64,000 nt of DNA from Anthoceros angustus (taxonomy: Eukaryota; Plantae; Anthocerotophyta), in contig VJWM01000202.1 in NCBI GenBank assembly GCA_010909165.1, forward strand, positions 1 to 64,000, written 5' to 3'. Below the pieces are notes generated by a model that was given only the letters and a program-made list of their open reading frames with translations, was not told the origin of the DNA and did not search any database. Position numbers and translations under genes: made by a program. Below, one piece after another: positions 25,833 to 38,800 of the stretch (the stretch's first letter is position 1; each line of letters opens with the position of its first letter).

Positions 25833-27509
25833 ATGCCGACCGCTCAGGTGTTGAACGCCTTGGATCAGGCCAAGACGCAATGGTACCATTTCACCACCAT
25901 CGTCATCGCGGGGATGGGCTTCTTCACCGACGCCTACGACCTGTTTTGCATCTCCACCGTCACCCGGCTGCTGGGCCGGATTTACTACTACGATCCCTCC
26001 ACCGGCTCGCCGGGAGTGCTGCCCGCTAATGTGTCGGCGGCGGTGAACGGGGTGGCTCTGTGCGGGACCCTGGCGGGCCAGCTCTTCTTCGGCTGGCTGG
26101 GAGACAAGATGGGGAGGAAGAAGGTGTACGGGCTCACGCTCATGATCATGATCCTGTGCTCTATAGCGTCCGCTCTCTCCTTCGGCCACACCACCAAGGC
26201 GGTCATGGCCTCTCTCTGCTTCTTCCGCTTCTGGCTGGGATTTGGCATCGGGGGAGATTACCCGCTGTCGGCGACCATCATGTCGGAGTACGCCAACAAG
26301 AAGACGCGGGGAGCCTTCATCGCTGCTGTGTTCGCCATGCAGGGCACCGGAATTTTGGCTGGAGCGGCTGTGTCCATCGTTGTCTCGGTGGCCTTCAAGG
26401 CGGCTTATCCTCGGCCTGCTTTCAAGGTGGATCCCATCGGTTCCACTCCTCCGCAGGCGGACTTTGTTTGGAGGATCGTGTTTGCTTTCGGGGCTCTGCC
26501 TGCCCTCCTCACCTACTACTACAGGATGAAGATGCCGGAGACTGCCCGTTACACGGCCCTGGTGGAGGGGAACCACAAGCAGGCGGCCTTGGACATGGGC
26601 AGGGTGCTGGAGGTGCAGTTCGACACGGACGATGTGGCGGCTAACGAAGCCAGGGCTGTGGAGGCTAGGCACTTTAAGGCCATCAGGGACAAGCAGTATG
26701 GTTTGTTTTCTGCGGAGTTCGTCAGGAGGCACGGGCGTCACCTCATCGGCACCACCTCTACCTGGTTCTTGCTGGATATCGCCTTCTACAGTCAGAATCT
26801 TTTCCAGAAGGATGTCTTATCCGCCGTCGGATGGATTCACTCAGCAAAGACATACAGCGCCTTGGAGGAGATGTTTATTGTCAGCAGGGCCCAGGCTCTC
26901 ATTGCTCTGTGCTCCACGGTGCCTGGCTATTGGGTCACCGTCCTTCTTATCGACCACATCGGAAGGTGGCTCATTCAGGTTATCGGCTTCTTCTTCATGA
27001 CGGTCTTCATGTTCATCATCACTATAGACTACTACCATCTGCGAGGCAACAAGTGTGCCGCCGGCTTCTGTGGGGGAAATCATTTGGCCTTCATCATCCT
27101 CTATGCTTTCACCTTCTTCTTCGCCAACTTCGGGCCCAACTCCACAACGTTCATCCTTCCGGCTGAGCTGTTCCCTGCCAGGCTTAGGTCCACCTGCCAC
27201 GGCATATCCGCTGCTGCGGGGAAGGCGGGGGCTATCGTGGGAGCTTTCGGTTTCCTGTATGCCAGCCAGAGCCCATCTCAACCTGACAAGGGATATCCCA
27301 AGGGTATTGGAATCAAGAATTCTCTGCTCATCCTGGCCATCACCAACGCTGTGGGCTTCGTCTGCACCTTGGTCTTCATTCCGGAGACGAGGGGGAAATC
27401 ATTGGAGGAGTTGTCAGGGGAGAGTGAGGAGGGGCCAGGGCAGCAGGGGACCAGCATTGTAGGCCCGGGCAGTGAAGGCAAAGGGAGCACCCAAGGGTCA
27501 CCCATTTGA
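25833..27509 (+). CDS. PHT1: PHT1-family H+/phosphate symporter, intronless CDS
   Basis: [13 protein letters not shown], signature [48 protein letters not shown]. Confidence 0.98.
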   Translation: MPTAQVLNALDQAKTQWYHFTTIVIAGMGFFTDAYDLFCISTVTRLLGRIYYYDPSTGSPGVLPANVSAAVNGVALCGTLAGQLFFGWLGDKMGRKKVYGLTLMIMILCSIASALSFGHTTKAVMASLCFFRFWLGFGIGGDYPLSATIMSEYANKKTRGAFIAAVFAMQGTGILAGAAVSIVVSVAFKAAYPRPAFKVDPIGSTPPQADFVWRIVFAFGALPALLTYYYRMKMPETARYTALVEGNHKQAALDMGRVLEVQFDTDDVAANEARAVEARHFKAIRDKQYGLFSAEFVRRHGRHLIGTTSTWFLLDIAFYSQNLFQKDVLSAVGWIHSAKTYSALEEMFIVSRAQALIALCSTVPGYWVTVLLIDHIGRWLIQVIGFFFMTVFMFIITIDYYHLRGNKCAAGFCGGNHLAFIILYAFTFFFANFGPNSTTFILPAELFPARLRSTCHGISAAAGKAGAIVGAFGFLYASQSPSQPDKGYPKGIGIKNSLLILAITNAVGFVCTLVFIPETRGKSLEELSGESEEGPGQQGTSIVGPGSEGKGSTQGSPI

Positions 27510-28879
27510 TTAATCGCCATGAATTTGTTTGCACTTTGAGTCTTGGTCTTTCGAAGTCGGTCTTGTCTGATTAGCTCTTCAAGAGCTTCTCTTTACTGCA
27601 AATCTGGGGACTTTTTGATTGCATTTCTTCATGGTAGACGCTTTCATTTACCTGTCTTAAGAGGTCCTCCTCCACATCACATGATGTGCACCTCAGTGTC
27701 TTATGGACAGAGTTTACCGTCACAGTGTGAAGGAGCCAGGACGAAAGGAGGATGGTTGGAAGACAACAGGGTTTAAGGGAGTTTCAGTTGTCTTCTGCAG
27801 GGACAGAACTCTTGCTCCCTGTCCAAACTTACCTACAAGCTCTGAAGTTAGCCAATGAGGCACTGTAATACTTCAAAATAGTGTGTAGCAGTATTCTTGA
27901 AGCTGTTCATGATGGGACATTGCTGTTGGATGATTGAACAATGATATTTTCTACTATCATCTAGCTCTACCACATTTCAAGTTACAGTAGATCGTTGGCC
28001 AGTCGGCTGGCTTTCCACGTGTGTCTGTGACTTGTTCTTCCGGTTTAGCTGGCTTCTTTCTCTTCTTTCTTTCTCACCACATGAACTTCGAAGTGTCACA
28101 CCTAAGCTAGTAAATCGCTGGCCAATCGACTGGCTCTCCAGGTGGCCTTGACTTTTTCTTCCGCTTCAGCTTGCTGTGCTGATTTGTGCCCTCCACCTGG
28201 AATACGCTTATTACACACTCCCATCCCGTAATGAACCACCCTCCTCCTCCTGTTAAATGTTTTATGAACAGCTCTCCTGCTCCACATTTATGAACTCTTT
28301 TCTTCAGGGCTTGATATTTACTACCAGCTCTGTTCCTGGATAGGTTGCTGTAAGCAAATCAGAGCAGACAACGTGTTGGTCTGCTGGGATCGTCGGATTC
28401 CACGATGCGAGTTGGCCATGCCCTAAAAACCGTGCCTCAACACCCCTCTTATTATTCGTACTCTGAAGCTAAGACAGGTTATATCCTGAAAGCGGAAGCC
28501 CCAACAGCTATCACAAGATTCACAGCCAAATAGAAGCCTGGGGTGTGTCAACACTTCACTGAAACCGTGATCAGCACCATCCTAGCCATCTTGTTAACAG
28601 AGTCAGGGAAAGTGTTAACAGCACCGCTCATTTAACAGCGTCCAGAATACAGTATGCGTGTTATTAACGGGGTCATGTCGTAACCATGAAGTGCATGCAC
28701 TTCCTGGTACCGTATGTGACGAGGTTATGCCCTAGTGCCATGTCTGCATCTCCGCACAGAGATACGACAAACATTGCCGTATGTGAGATGGGGAGACATC
28801 AGCGCGCAATGCCGCTGCCCTGGAGGCTGGCACTCACACCCACACAAAGTTCCAGGGCAGGACTCTGGCACCCTCGCTG

Positions 28880-29100
28880 ATTCCGCCGTTGTCCTGTGTA
28901 TCGTCGTCGACCTGCCAAACGCGAGATTCATTGTCAAGGCTTCTCTCTTCTCCTGACCGCTCATCTTCATGCTCCCGTCCCATTCCCCCATCACATCCAT
29001 TTCCGCCCTTGCATGTTTCAAAGACATCGCTTTATGTACATTTTGAGATGCATCGAGGCGACCACAGAGTATGGGCTGCAGCTCTACCACGCTTGAACTG
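28880..29100 (+). mobile_element. Possible highly degenerate Copia RT remnant
   Basis: YILRCIEATTEYGLQLY resembles Copia ILRYLKGT.DYGL. This is the only support. Confidence 0.25.
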
Positions 29101-30066
29101 TCCTTATTTGAGCTTGCCTTTTGTTCCTCCACTGCTTGTGCCCGCAATCCCCTCTTCAGGCACGACCTGACCTGATAAGACCTAAGCAGACGTGATCAGA
29201 CCTGACCAGACCTAACCTGAACTCATTAGAACCTAGACCTGACTGGCCCGCGCGTCCTGTCTCTTCGTCAGTTCTCAGGTTGATTCCACACTCGCCATTC
29301 TTTTGACAGAGTCGGTGCGTGGTAGAAACCTTACTCACCTTGCTCAGACTCGCCCAACGGTATGTGCCGGAGATACTGTGTCGGGGAAGTGGAATTGGTG
29401 AGTGCTGCGATCTGGGGGCGGGAGTGAGTTGGGCAGGCGAGCAGGGTGTTGGCGGGAAGCGTTGAGGTACGGAGAGCTGCCGGCCTGGCGTAACAATAGG
29501 GAGTGGGGGAGGTTGGCAAGGAAGGAAGGAGGGAGGGAAGAGAGGCTGCCTTGCCCTGCCCTTCTCTGCCTTGTCGGGCCAAGTCCATGAACTGGGTGCT
29601 GTGTTGTGTAAGATGATGTGGGAGTGAGGTCCAGGGTCTAGTAGGGGCCCGGAACAACAAATGCGATTTCTCATGCCACTTGCGATGGTGTTACCGCATT
29701 TCCTCCTGAATACGATCATCTGTACTACGCGCGCAGTACACTGTACTAATAAATGAGTCCCGAGCCCACAGGCTCGGGACCGGGCCTTTCGCTCGTACTT
29801 GCAGTCAGCGCCTCGGCAAGCGCTGGTGCCTGTTTTGCGAGGCTTTTGGGCAGGGGGCAGCTTTGGGTTAGCCGAGCGTGACACGCCTCGTTTGCGTGTG
29901 CGTCGCATGCGACGGTATTTCACGCCTCTATTATTCCCTCCGATACTGTCCCCAGACTCTCGGCAGACTTGGTTCTTGAAATTGGCATCGCAGGAGCAAA
30001 GGAAGGATGGGCAATCTGTAGATTTCTGGCAGGCGCGGATTTTCCTGAAGAGTCTCCGCGAGCAGG

Positions 30067-32240
30067 ATGGCCTCTGCGACGAATCTCCGCGATGCAGCTG
30101 CCCAATTGTCCTTCACCTCAGCGCATTCCTCCGCCTTGAGTAGCAGCAGGACATCTCACCGACAGTCTCCAGCTGCCGGGAACTGTACCGCAGGTCCGCG
30201 ATTGTGCTGGAAAAGTTGCCTCACTGGCAACCCTCTGCAATTCAAATCACCTCGTCCGTCCAGACGAAGAGTGCATTGCAGGTCCACTGTTCAAGCAGGC
30301 CTGCTGGCTGGCGGCGCGGATGCAGCTTCGATGCTTGACTTGGCTGCTGGTGGATTTTTCGGTTTGACTGATTTCCTGGTAAGAGTTCGAGGCGAATCTA
30401 AAATTGTGTAGCTCATTTGCTGCTCTCTGTTCCAGGCTGCATCAAATGAAATTGTACGCCAGCAGACTATGTATGCTTGCTGAATCTTTTCATCTTGCAG
30501 GGTGAACTGAGTTCAGGGCACTTCGCCTCCCCTCTGACTGCTTTCTTCGGGGATCTATCTCATGACGCCAATAGCTTGGTTGAGCTCCAGCTTGCCGCTC
30601 TTAGCCCTGCCAGGTATTAAGTCTTGATTTACAATTGTTGCCAGATTCCTGGAACTGGTGATGTCAGGGAGAAAGGAGGTTATCCTTGTCATACACCAGC
30701 AAGGATGGTATTCGACCAGTCTGAATTTTCATCTTCGTATGGCAGTTTGGGTGTCATCTTCTCAGCAGGAGTAGTTACCAGCCTTTCGCCCTGCACACTT
30801 AGTGTCTTACCACTTACCCTGGGCTACATCGGTAACTGCTCGGGTTTTCTCATGCTTAAGTTGGACACCTAGCTGAGTGTGCATTTCAGAGCGCAAGTAT
30901 TCATGTCTAGTGTATGACCTGGGCAGGTGCTTCTGCATCGGGTAAGAGTCGCCATGAGGTAATTTGTTTCGTGATAATGTTCATCAGACAGCTATGTTTA
31001 TTCTGAGGTGTCTTACCGTGATTAAACACCTATTTATCTGTGCAATGCCAGGCGATCTTAAGCTCGATCGCATTTTGCTTGGGACTAGCAACTACACTGA
31101 CGGGCATGGGAATTGCGGCTTCACTGACTGGAAAGGCCTTGGTTTCGGGTTCCAACCAAATTGGAGGACCTCTGAGTGACACTGCCAGTACTGTTGGTCG
31201 AGGCCTACCGGTGGCCGTTTCAATTGTTGCAGTGCTCATGGGCTTAAATCTTCTCCAGGTGAGCATATCTCCCCATTTACTTGGGACGTTCATTGTCCAT
31301 CTCCTCGAAACCATTTTTCATCTGCTACATGATATTAAGCAGGTGTTTCAACTTCCATCCTTCAAAATGGGGAGACTTAACACAGCGGAACTAGGTTCAT
31401 CTGGCCAAGGGTTGCCTTCCAGTAGGTTCTATACCCCGTTTCAGGTGTTGTAGTAGAAGCTGTTTTTACAAACATGGTGAGCATCGAGGAATTTCAATCC
31501 TGGTGAATACTGCTACAGGTTTGCAGGCCTATATCGCTGGGTTGACGTTTGCACTTGTGGCATCTCCTTGTACAACCCCCATACGAGCAACTCTTCTAAG
31601 CTACGTGGCAGCATCCCAGGTACCTATTTTTCCTACTGGCATTTGTTCGAGAGGTACTGCACGATACCATCGAACAATGAGCTGTATCTCTCATTGGCAG
31701 GACCCTGTTATTGGAGGGAGTTTACTACTAGTCTACACGTTTGGCTACATTGTACCTTTGTTGCTTGCTGCCTCGTTTGCAGGAGTTCTGCAGGTAATTT
31801 CCAGCTGTGTGTAAGCTGCTGAGGTGATGCCGCATGGGACAGTATTTTGCGTATTTTCTGCTTGCTGCCTGCCCCCTTTGATTGGTGCTGTAGCTTCTAG
31901 AGACGTTTGGTATGGCAATCGTCCATCCAATTTTTTCCAGATGCCAAATCTGGTCTGTCATGCGCAGGAAAAAGTCCTCTCTGTACGACAAATATCTGGC
32001 TGGGCGAATACCGCCAGGTCTGATTTCTGTTAGCTAGCAAATATCTGGCGTTGCTTTATGTTGCCATTTCAAGCTCTGAGGTTCCATTCGCTGACTCCTT
32101 CTTGGTTCATATGCAGCGGAGCGTTACTGCTTGGTGGTGGTATATACACATTTCTGATGCAACTTCAGTCTCATCCGGCTTATTCAAGCGCCCTCGCTGA
32201 TGCATCCAGTTCTATGGCAATAGTCCATCACTGCCATTGA
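30067..32240 (+). CDS. CCDA1: Plastid cytochrome c biogenesis protein CcdA, multi-exon
   Basis: Transit peptide. [72 protein letters not shown]. Confidence 0.9.
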
Positions 32241-32824
32241 GTTGTACATTCAGCTTGCAGCGAATATACCATGGATGGCGCGAAGCCTCGGGGCATCGGG
32301 GCGGCCCAGATAACGTAGAGAACGGGAACGCGGCAGTCACATTTCGAAGGAGGATCGGCGGTTTTCCCGTTCCTGTTAAGTCTATCATATGATAGATTAT
32401 TATTAAAATATAACACATAAAATACAACTACTGTTATTAAACATGTTTATGTGAATTGCTATAAGATAGGGTTGGCAGTTCCACACGATTGGCAGCATCC
32501 CCGGTACGTACAAGGCACCCGCGCGCATCGAACCAGCTCGCGCCTGCTCCCTCCGCCGAATCTGAAGCAGCAGGTGACACAAAGTGAAGAGCGTCAGTTA
32601 CCAAACTGATTACCATTGGCATGGCAGCAACCAAGGCAATGTTCGACCTCTGCTGCTGCCAGTGCAATGAGGTGAAGAAGTTGTACCATTAATGTCAGCA
32701 ACGTTTGTAGACAGTGAGTGAGTTCTTCCCCACCAGAGACACGAAGCCACATGTTCGACGGCCTGGGCTCCTGGACTTGGAAAGGCCAGATCCATAGCAG
32801 CCGGAATGTGGTTCTTGAGAAACG

Positions 32825-33240
32825 TCATCGACCATACAACCTGTGCCGCAGGTCACCGAGTCCAGGCATGAACGCATGCAAGAGTTTCAGGTCAGGTGGA
32901 TCGTTGCAGTAGCCAACCAGGCATACCAGGTGTTTGTGGGTAACAGTAGATTGGAGAGCAACCTGACACACATTACATAGGAGGAAAGGCTCAGCAGGGT
33001 ATCTACAGCCCAGGCTCCACCTATAAGCCAGAGAACAGACCGCACCTAATCGTAAAACTCCTCCGATCCTTGACGATTGCTTCCTGACAGAGTCTTTTGT
33101 GTATGATTTCTTGCTTATTTGGAAGTTCCCCGTAGTAAACAGAGCCAAAAAGCCTCTTCCTCCGAAGCTTTTTCTCCAAACTTGATGCAGTGTCCTTTAT
33201 CACAGCTTCTGGGGTGAAGTGGTTACCCAACTTTTTCCCC
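32825..33240 (-). pseudogene. Receptor-like kinase (LRR-I-like) N-lobe pseudogene fragment
   Basis: FTPEAVIKDTASSLEKKLRRKRLFGSVYYGELPNKQEI (degenerate subdomains I-II) and VALQSTVTHKHLVCLVGYCND..LLHAFMPGLGDLRHRLYG (III-V). Gly loop and VAVK Lys degenerate, followed by a stop. Confidence 0.7.
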
Positions 33241-33649
33241 TCACACAAGGATGTGACCTGGCAGTAAACAGATGAAATCATTTTTTCTTGTTTACAAAAT
33301 GTCTCAGCTGCTCCCTCTGCGACCTGAAGTCACACCAACATGTTTCGGACAGGTCATGGACGATGGGAGTGTTGAGAGACGTCTTTGAACAAGTACCTCT
33401 TGTGAAAGAGCCACTTTAGCGGTTGAAGGTGGCACATCGGCCGCGACTCATCTTGGTGTTTCACAAGGTCACTCCAAACCACGATGGCAACTATTACAGC
33501 AACTCCACGCTAGTCACGGTGGTTCTTCCACCATTAGTGGGAGAAGAGTAAAGTTGTTGTTGCCGTCAGAGAAAAGTCCCGTGCCAAACTTAACCAGATA
33601 CATGCACCAAATGATGTGGCCCTGAGCTTGTTATTCAGATTCGCGAGAG

Positions 33650-33963
33650 CTCAACAGAGGAAATCAAAGGCTTACGCCTTGAGCAACAGAGGAAATCAAA
33701 GGCTTGCGCCTTGAGCAACAGAGGAAATCAAAGGCTTACGCCTTGAGCAACAGAGGAAATCAAAGGCTTACGCCTTGAGCAACACAGGAGATCAAAGGCT
33801 TACGCCTTGAGCAACACAGGAAATCAAAGGCTTGCGCCTTGAACAATCGAGAAAATCAGAGGCTAAACGCATTGCGCAGCAGCGAGAAAATGAAGGCTTA
33901 CGCCTTCAAGGGCGCCTACATTTCAACTGGAAGGCTGGACGGCTTACGCCTTCCAGTTGAAAT
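33650..33963. repeat. 32-bp tandem array (~7-8 copies) ending in a 16-bp-arm hairpin
   Basis: GAGCAACAGAGGAAATCAAAGGCTTACGCCTT repeats, then ATTTCAACTGGAAGGC-12nt-GCCTTCCAGTTGAAAT at 33920-33963. Confidence 0.85.
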
Positions 33964-33985
33964 CTGCAGGTCGTAAAGCTAGCAT

Positions 33986-35267
33986 CTAGCGCCTGCACAC
34001 CATGCCTGAGGTGCCAGATGTGGCAGGGCCACATTGCAGCTCAGCGATGTTGGCAATAAGCTCTCCAGCAGCACCTCCGAACCTGCTCACCAAGCAGTCG
34101 GCGGAGAAGAGGGAGGAAGCCAGGTAATTCTCGTCACCCCTCATGCTGGGCATCAGCTGACCGGGGAGCTTCTCAGGCAGCTTGAAGCTGGGCGCGTAGG
34201 TCTGTCCCAACACGCCGTGCACGTTGCTGGTGAGCTTGGCGAACTTGAAGCTCACGTCCAAATGCGCCATCCAGTTGGTGCTGTAGTCGATACCGTAGTT
34301 GTGCGCCTTGTTCTCCTGCTGGGAAACAGGCACAACTTTTACCAAAATCTCCACCACTCCTTGGACTGTGATCCTGGCCAGGTTGGTCGCTTCCAGGCGC
34401 TGCACGGTGATTCCGTAAGCGGGCGACTGCCACAAAGCGCCCTCGCCGGCAGGAAGGACGATCGGGATGGAGTCGAAGGTGATCGCCAGCTCGTCCTTGG
34501 CGTCCTCCCACTGCGCCACCTTGTTGGCTCCGATGTACAGCTGGTGGGCGCCGAACTGCAGTCCCAGAGCCTGCACCCAGGTGAAGTCGCGGGCCACGTC
34601 GGGCCTGCGCAGCCCGATGAAGTGGGCGTTCACGTGGACGTCGGTGTCGGAGACGAGGCAGAAGTCGGCGTCCTTGTGGCCGTGGAAGTAGAACTGCTGG
34701 CCTCCTGGGGTCTTGAGCACCGGGTCTTTGCACAGGGATGGGTATGCCTTGCACGGGTCTGTCGCATTGCCAGACCCGCCACCGCATCAGAATGGTACAT
34801 GCATCGTGCAAGCAATCGCAAAGCATTGTGCGAGCAATTTTGCAACGTTTGCAAACCGTGTAACTATTGAACGCATGCATCTGCTTCATCAACGGAGCAC
34901 ACCCGATCAAAGACTATCAGCCGAAACCGTGGGGAACCGCCATACCGTGCTCGCCTTCGTGACCATGACCACCTTCATTGTGCCCACCATCTTCATGGTG
35001 ACCACCCTCTTCCTTGTGACCGCCCTCTTCCTTGTGACCGCCGTCTTCCTTGTGACCGCCGTCTTCCTTGTGACCGCCGTCTTCCTTGTGACCACCGTCT
35101 TCCTTGTGACCACCCTCTTCCTTGTGACCACCCTCTTCCTTGTGACCACCCTCTTCCTTGTGACCACCCTCTTCCTTGTGACCACCCTCTTCCTTTTGGC
35201 CCCCAGCCATGGCCTGCACGACGAGCAAGGCCAGCAGAACTCCAACCAGGAGCTTCGTGGAAGCCAT
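33986..35267 (-). CDS. Secreted root-cap/LEA-related domain protein with N-terminal (GGHKEE)n repeats, 2 exons
   Basis: Signal peptide MASTKLLVGVLLALLVVQAMA and ~12 GGHKE(E/D)-type repeats. Phase-1 intron ~34945-34761. Then CKDP..FYFHGHKDADFCLVSD..VNAHFIG..RDFTWVQALG..AHLDVSFKF..VHGVLGQTY..SSLFSADC..SRF..GMVCRR. Confidence 0.9.
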
Positions 35268-35810
35268 CTTCGAAACGAGACGGTGTTGAATGCTGAAGGC
35301 TGGAGAGCAATCGGAACTGAACTGATGAGTGGAGAATGCCACGGTGCCCAGGATCATATAGCCTCCATTGCGACGTGGGGGGCAGCACACAGTGACACAA
35401 GTTGGCCTGATTTCAGCTCTCAATCAGCTGAATTGGTTCGGATGTTGCTAAATTCGGCTTACGTGGCACGTCGGGCTCCGACACGAGCAGGACGTGGGGA
35501 TGTGATTTACGTACTTTCACGATCCGTGCTTACGCACTGCACTGAAAACTCTCAAACGGCCCTACCGTCCAGGAGCTTTTCGCTAAAGCTGTGCGATGCC
35601 AGGGCATCCTTAGTTGTAACTTGTGGGCAACATGAAAGCGCTGTACATACATACAAATGCCGACAGAGTCGGCGATCTCAAAAATCTCACCCACACAGTG
35701 TTGTTATCTCTCTGTGTGCACAGTGTTGTTATCTCTCTGTGTCCACCTACAATAGGGTTTATAACAGGGTTGACCCTATTTACAGAGTTCTTACGTCTCC
35801 TGATTGAAGA

Positions 35811-38800
35811 TTGAAGGGTGTCCCAGCCGCTCCATGGAACTGTTGTGGAAACCGTTTTTCTGGACTCGCCAAATTGGTGGGGTTGCAGGACGCATCTCAG
35901 CGAGCACCACTCCAAGAAGTCAGGCTGGGGAAAGGTTTTGCAGCGAGGCTCGTCGCCTTCAGATTTTATGGCTACAGTTCTTTCAGGACCATATACGGTG
36001 GAGGCAAAACACGTGGAGCTCCAGGTCCCCTTCAGCAGGCTCTCAACCTCTACAAGCCTGCTCCTGCTTGGTTGGATTTGGAGCTGGGTGCAGTGGATAT
36101 GCAGATGGGTCGGCGTTCCCCTGTTTCCACCTTAAGCTTGCAGGATGATCTTGACCTTCGCAGGCCTACAAGATACGAAAGGGGCGTAACGGCTCTGACG
36201 GTCATGGAACTTTGCCAGCAAGAGAAGGTTACGGAGGCGGTTGAGGCTCTGGGAGGTCTGGTGCAGACAGACTGTCCAGTTTCCAAATACCTGTTTTATG
36301 CCGTGGTAAAAAAATGTGTGGGTAAGAAGGATCTGGTTTTGGGTCGGTGTGCTCATGCTCTCATCGTGAAAATGGGGTATGAGTCGGACAGGTTCTTGTG
36401 CAACCACATTCTCCGAATGTATGCCTCTCATGCCAGCCTGCAAGAAGCGATGGATGTGTTCACCGTGGTTATGGAGCCGGATGCCTTCATGTGGTCGTCA
36501 ATCATTTCTGCGCATGTTAGTCATGGACAGGCCTCCGAGGCCGTACAGCTGTATCATGAGATGCGCTTGTCAAGGCTGAAGCCAGATGGCCATGTGTTCG
36601 TAGCAGCGCTGCAGGCTTGTGCAAGGGGAGGAGACCTGAAGTCTGGGCAGCAGGTGCATGCTGATGTGTTGGCCAGTGAGGTTGAGCCTGATTTGTTTGT
36701 CTGTAACTGCCTGGTGGATATGTATGCAAAGTGTGACAGACTGACGGATGCTCACAGCGTGTTTGATGGACTTCGTTACAAAGATGTAGTGACATGGAAT
36801 GCCATGATTGCAGGGTATTCCCAGCAGGGCATGGGTCAGCAGGCCCTTCAGCTGTACGATGCTATGCAACAGGAAGGCACGCATGCGCCCAATTATGTGA
36901 CATTTGTGTGCCTCCTACAGGCGTGTGCAAGTGTGGGTGCCCCGGCTCTAGAATTGGGAAAGCAGCTGCATGGACAGATCAATGAACGGAGACTCCGAGC
37001 TGATGTGGTTTTAGGTTGCAGCCTGGTAAACATGTATGCTAAGTGTGGCAGCCTGCGGGATGCACAGAGCGTGTTTGACGGGCTTGGACAAAAAGATGTG
37101 GTGACATGGAATGCCATGATAGCCGGATATTCCCAGCAGGGTATGGGTCAGGAAGCCCTCCATCTGTACAGTGCCATGCAGCAGGAGCGCATTACCCAAC
37201 CCGATTCTGTCACATTTGTGAGCCTCCTGCAAGCATGTGCAAGTGTGGGTATCCACGCTGTGGAGATGGGCAACCAGCTTCACAAACAGATTGAACAACG
37301 AGGACTGCAGGTTGATGTGGTTGTGGGTTGCAGCCTAGTAAACATGTATGCAAAGTGCGGGAGCCTGCAGGATGCTCAGAGTGTGTTTGACAGGCTTCCT
37401 GAAAAAAATGTGGTGACGTGGACTGCTCTGATAGCAGGATATTGCCAGCAGGGGATGGTACAGGAAGCCCTTCACGTTTATAGCACAATGCAACAAGAAG
37501 GTGTTGCTGTACCAAATTCTGTTACGTTTCTGTCCCTTCTACAGGCCTGTGCAAGTGTAGGTGTCATGGCTTTGGAGAAGGGAAAGCAACTTCATGCTCA
37601 GATTGGAGAACAAGGTCTTCAAGCAGATGTCACTGTTGCGAACAATTTGTTGAACATGTATGCAAAGTGTGGCAGTCTACAGGATGCTCAAAATGTGTTC
37701 GATGAGCTTCATCAAAAGGACATAGTGACTTGGAACACCGTGATTGCAGGATATTCCCAGCAGGGCATGAGTCAGGAAGCCTTTAATTTATACAGTGCTA
37801 TGCGAAAAGAAGGTGTCCCACCACCCAATTCAGTGACATTTGTGTGCCTCCTGCAGGCATGTGCAAATGAGGGTCCCTTGGCTTTGGGGAAGGGGAAGCA
37901 GCTTCATGCAGAGATTGGAGAACATGGGCTTCAGGTTGATCTGTTCGTCGCCAACAGTTTGATTACTATGTATGCAAAGTGTGGCAGCCTAGAGGATGCA
38001 CAGAGCATGTTTGACGGGCTTGTTGCAAAAGATGTGGTGACATGGAATGCCATGATAGCAGGACATTCCCAGCAGGGCATGGGTCAGGAAGCCTTTCGTC
38101 TTTACAGTGCTATGCAACAAGAAGGCATCACGTCACCTAATTCTGTTACGTTTGTGTGCCTCCTGCAAGCATGTGCAAATGTGTCAGCTTTGCATAAAGG
38201 AAAGCAGATTCATGCTGAGATCAAAAGACAAGGGTTTCAAGCTGATTGGTTTTTAGCGATCAGTTTGATAAACATGTATGCCAAGTGTGGGAGCATGGTT
38301 GATGCTCAGCAGGTGTTTGATGCGTTGCCTGAAAAGGACATTGTCGCCTGGAATGCATTGATTGCAGGGTATACCCGTCAAGGAGACACTACAGTGGTCT
38401 TTGACTTGCTCGACAGAATGAGAGAGGATGGCATACAACCAGATGGCATCACCTTCCTTAGCCTCCTAACAGTCTGCAGTCATTCGGGTCTTGTGAGCAA
38501 AGGGCGAGAGTACTATGAGGCTATGGGCAAAGACCATGGCATCACTCCCACCACTGTGCACTACTCATGCATGGTGGACCTCTTGGGTCGTGCAGGCCAC
38601 CTTGATGAGGCGCTAGCAGTGGTGAGGACAATGCCTGTGCAGCCTCACGGTGCCGTTTGGCGCACTCTGTTAGGTGCTTGTCGAAAGTGGGGCAATGTGG
38701 AAGTCGGACGCCATGCTTTTGAGGAAGCAGTGAAGCTAGACGAAAAAGATGCGGCAGCCTTTGTGTTGATGTCAAACATATATACTAGTGCACAAATGTG

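Noticed and set aside
25155-26741. 528-aa antisense ORF over PHT1
   Set aside because: Shadow ORF expected from GC-rich codon usage on the sense strand. No recognisable domain.
34034-35807. Plus-strand ORFs of 278 and 364 aa, including (LFLVTT)n
   Set aside because: Antisense readings of the root-cap gene and its 18-bp repeat.
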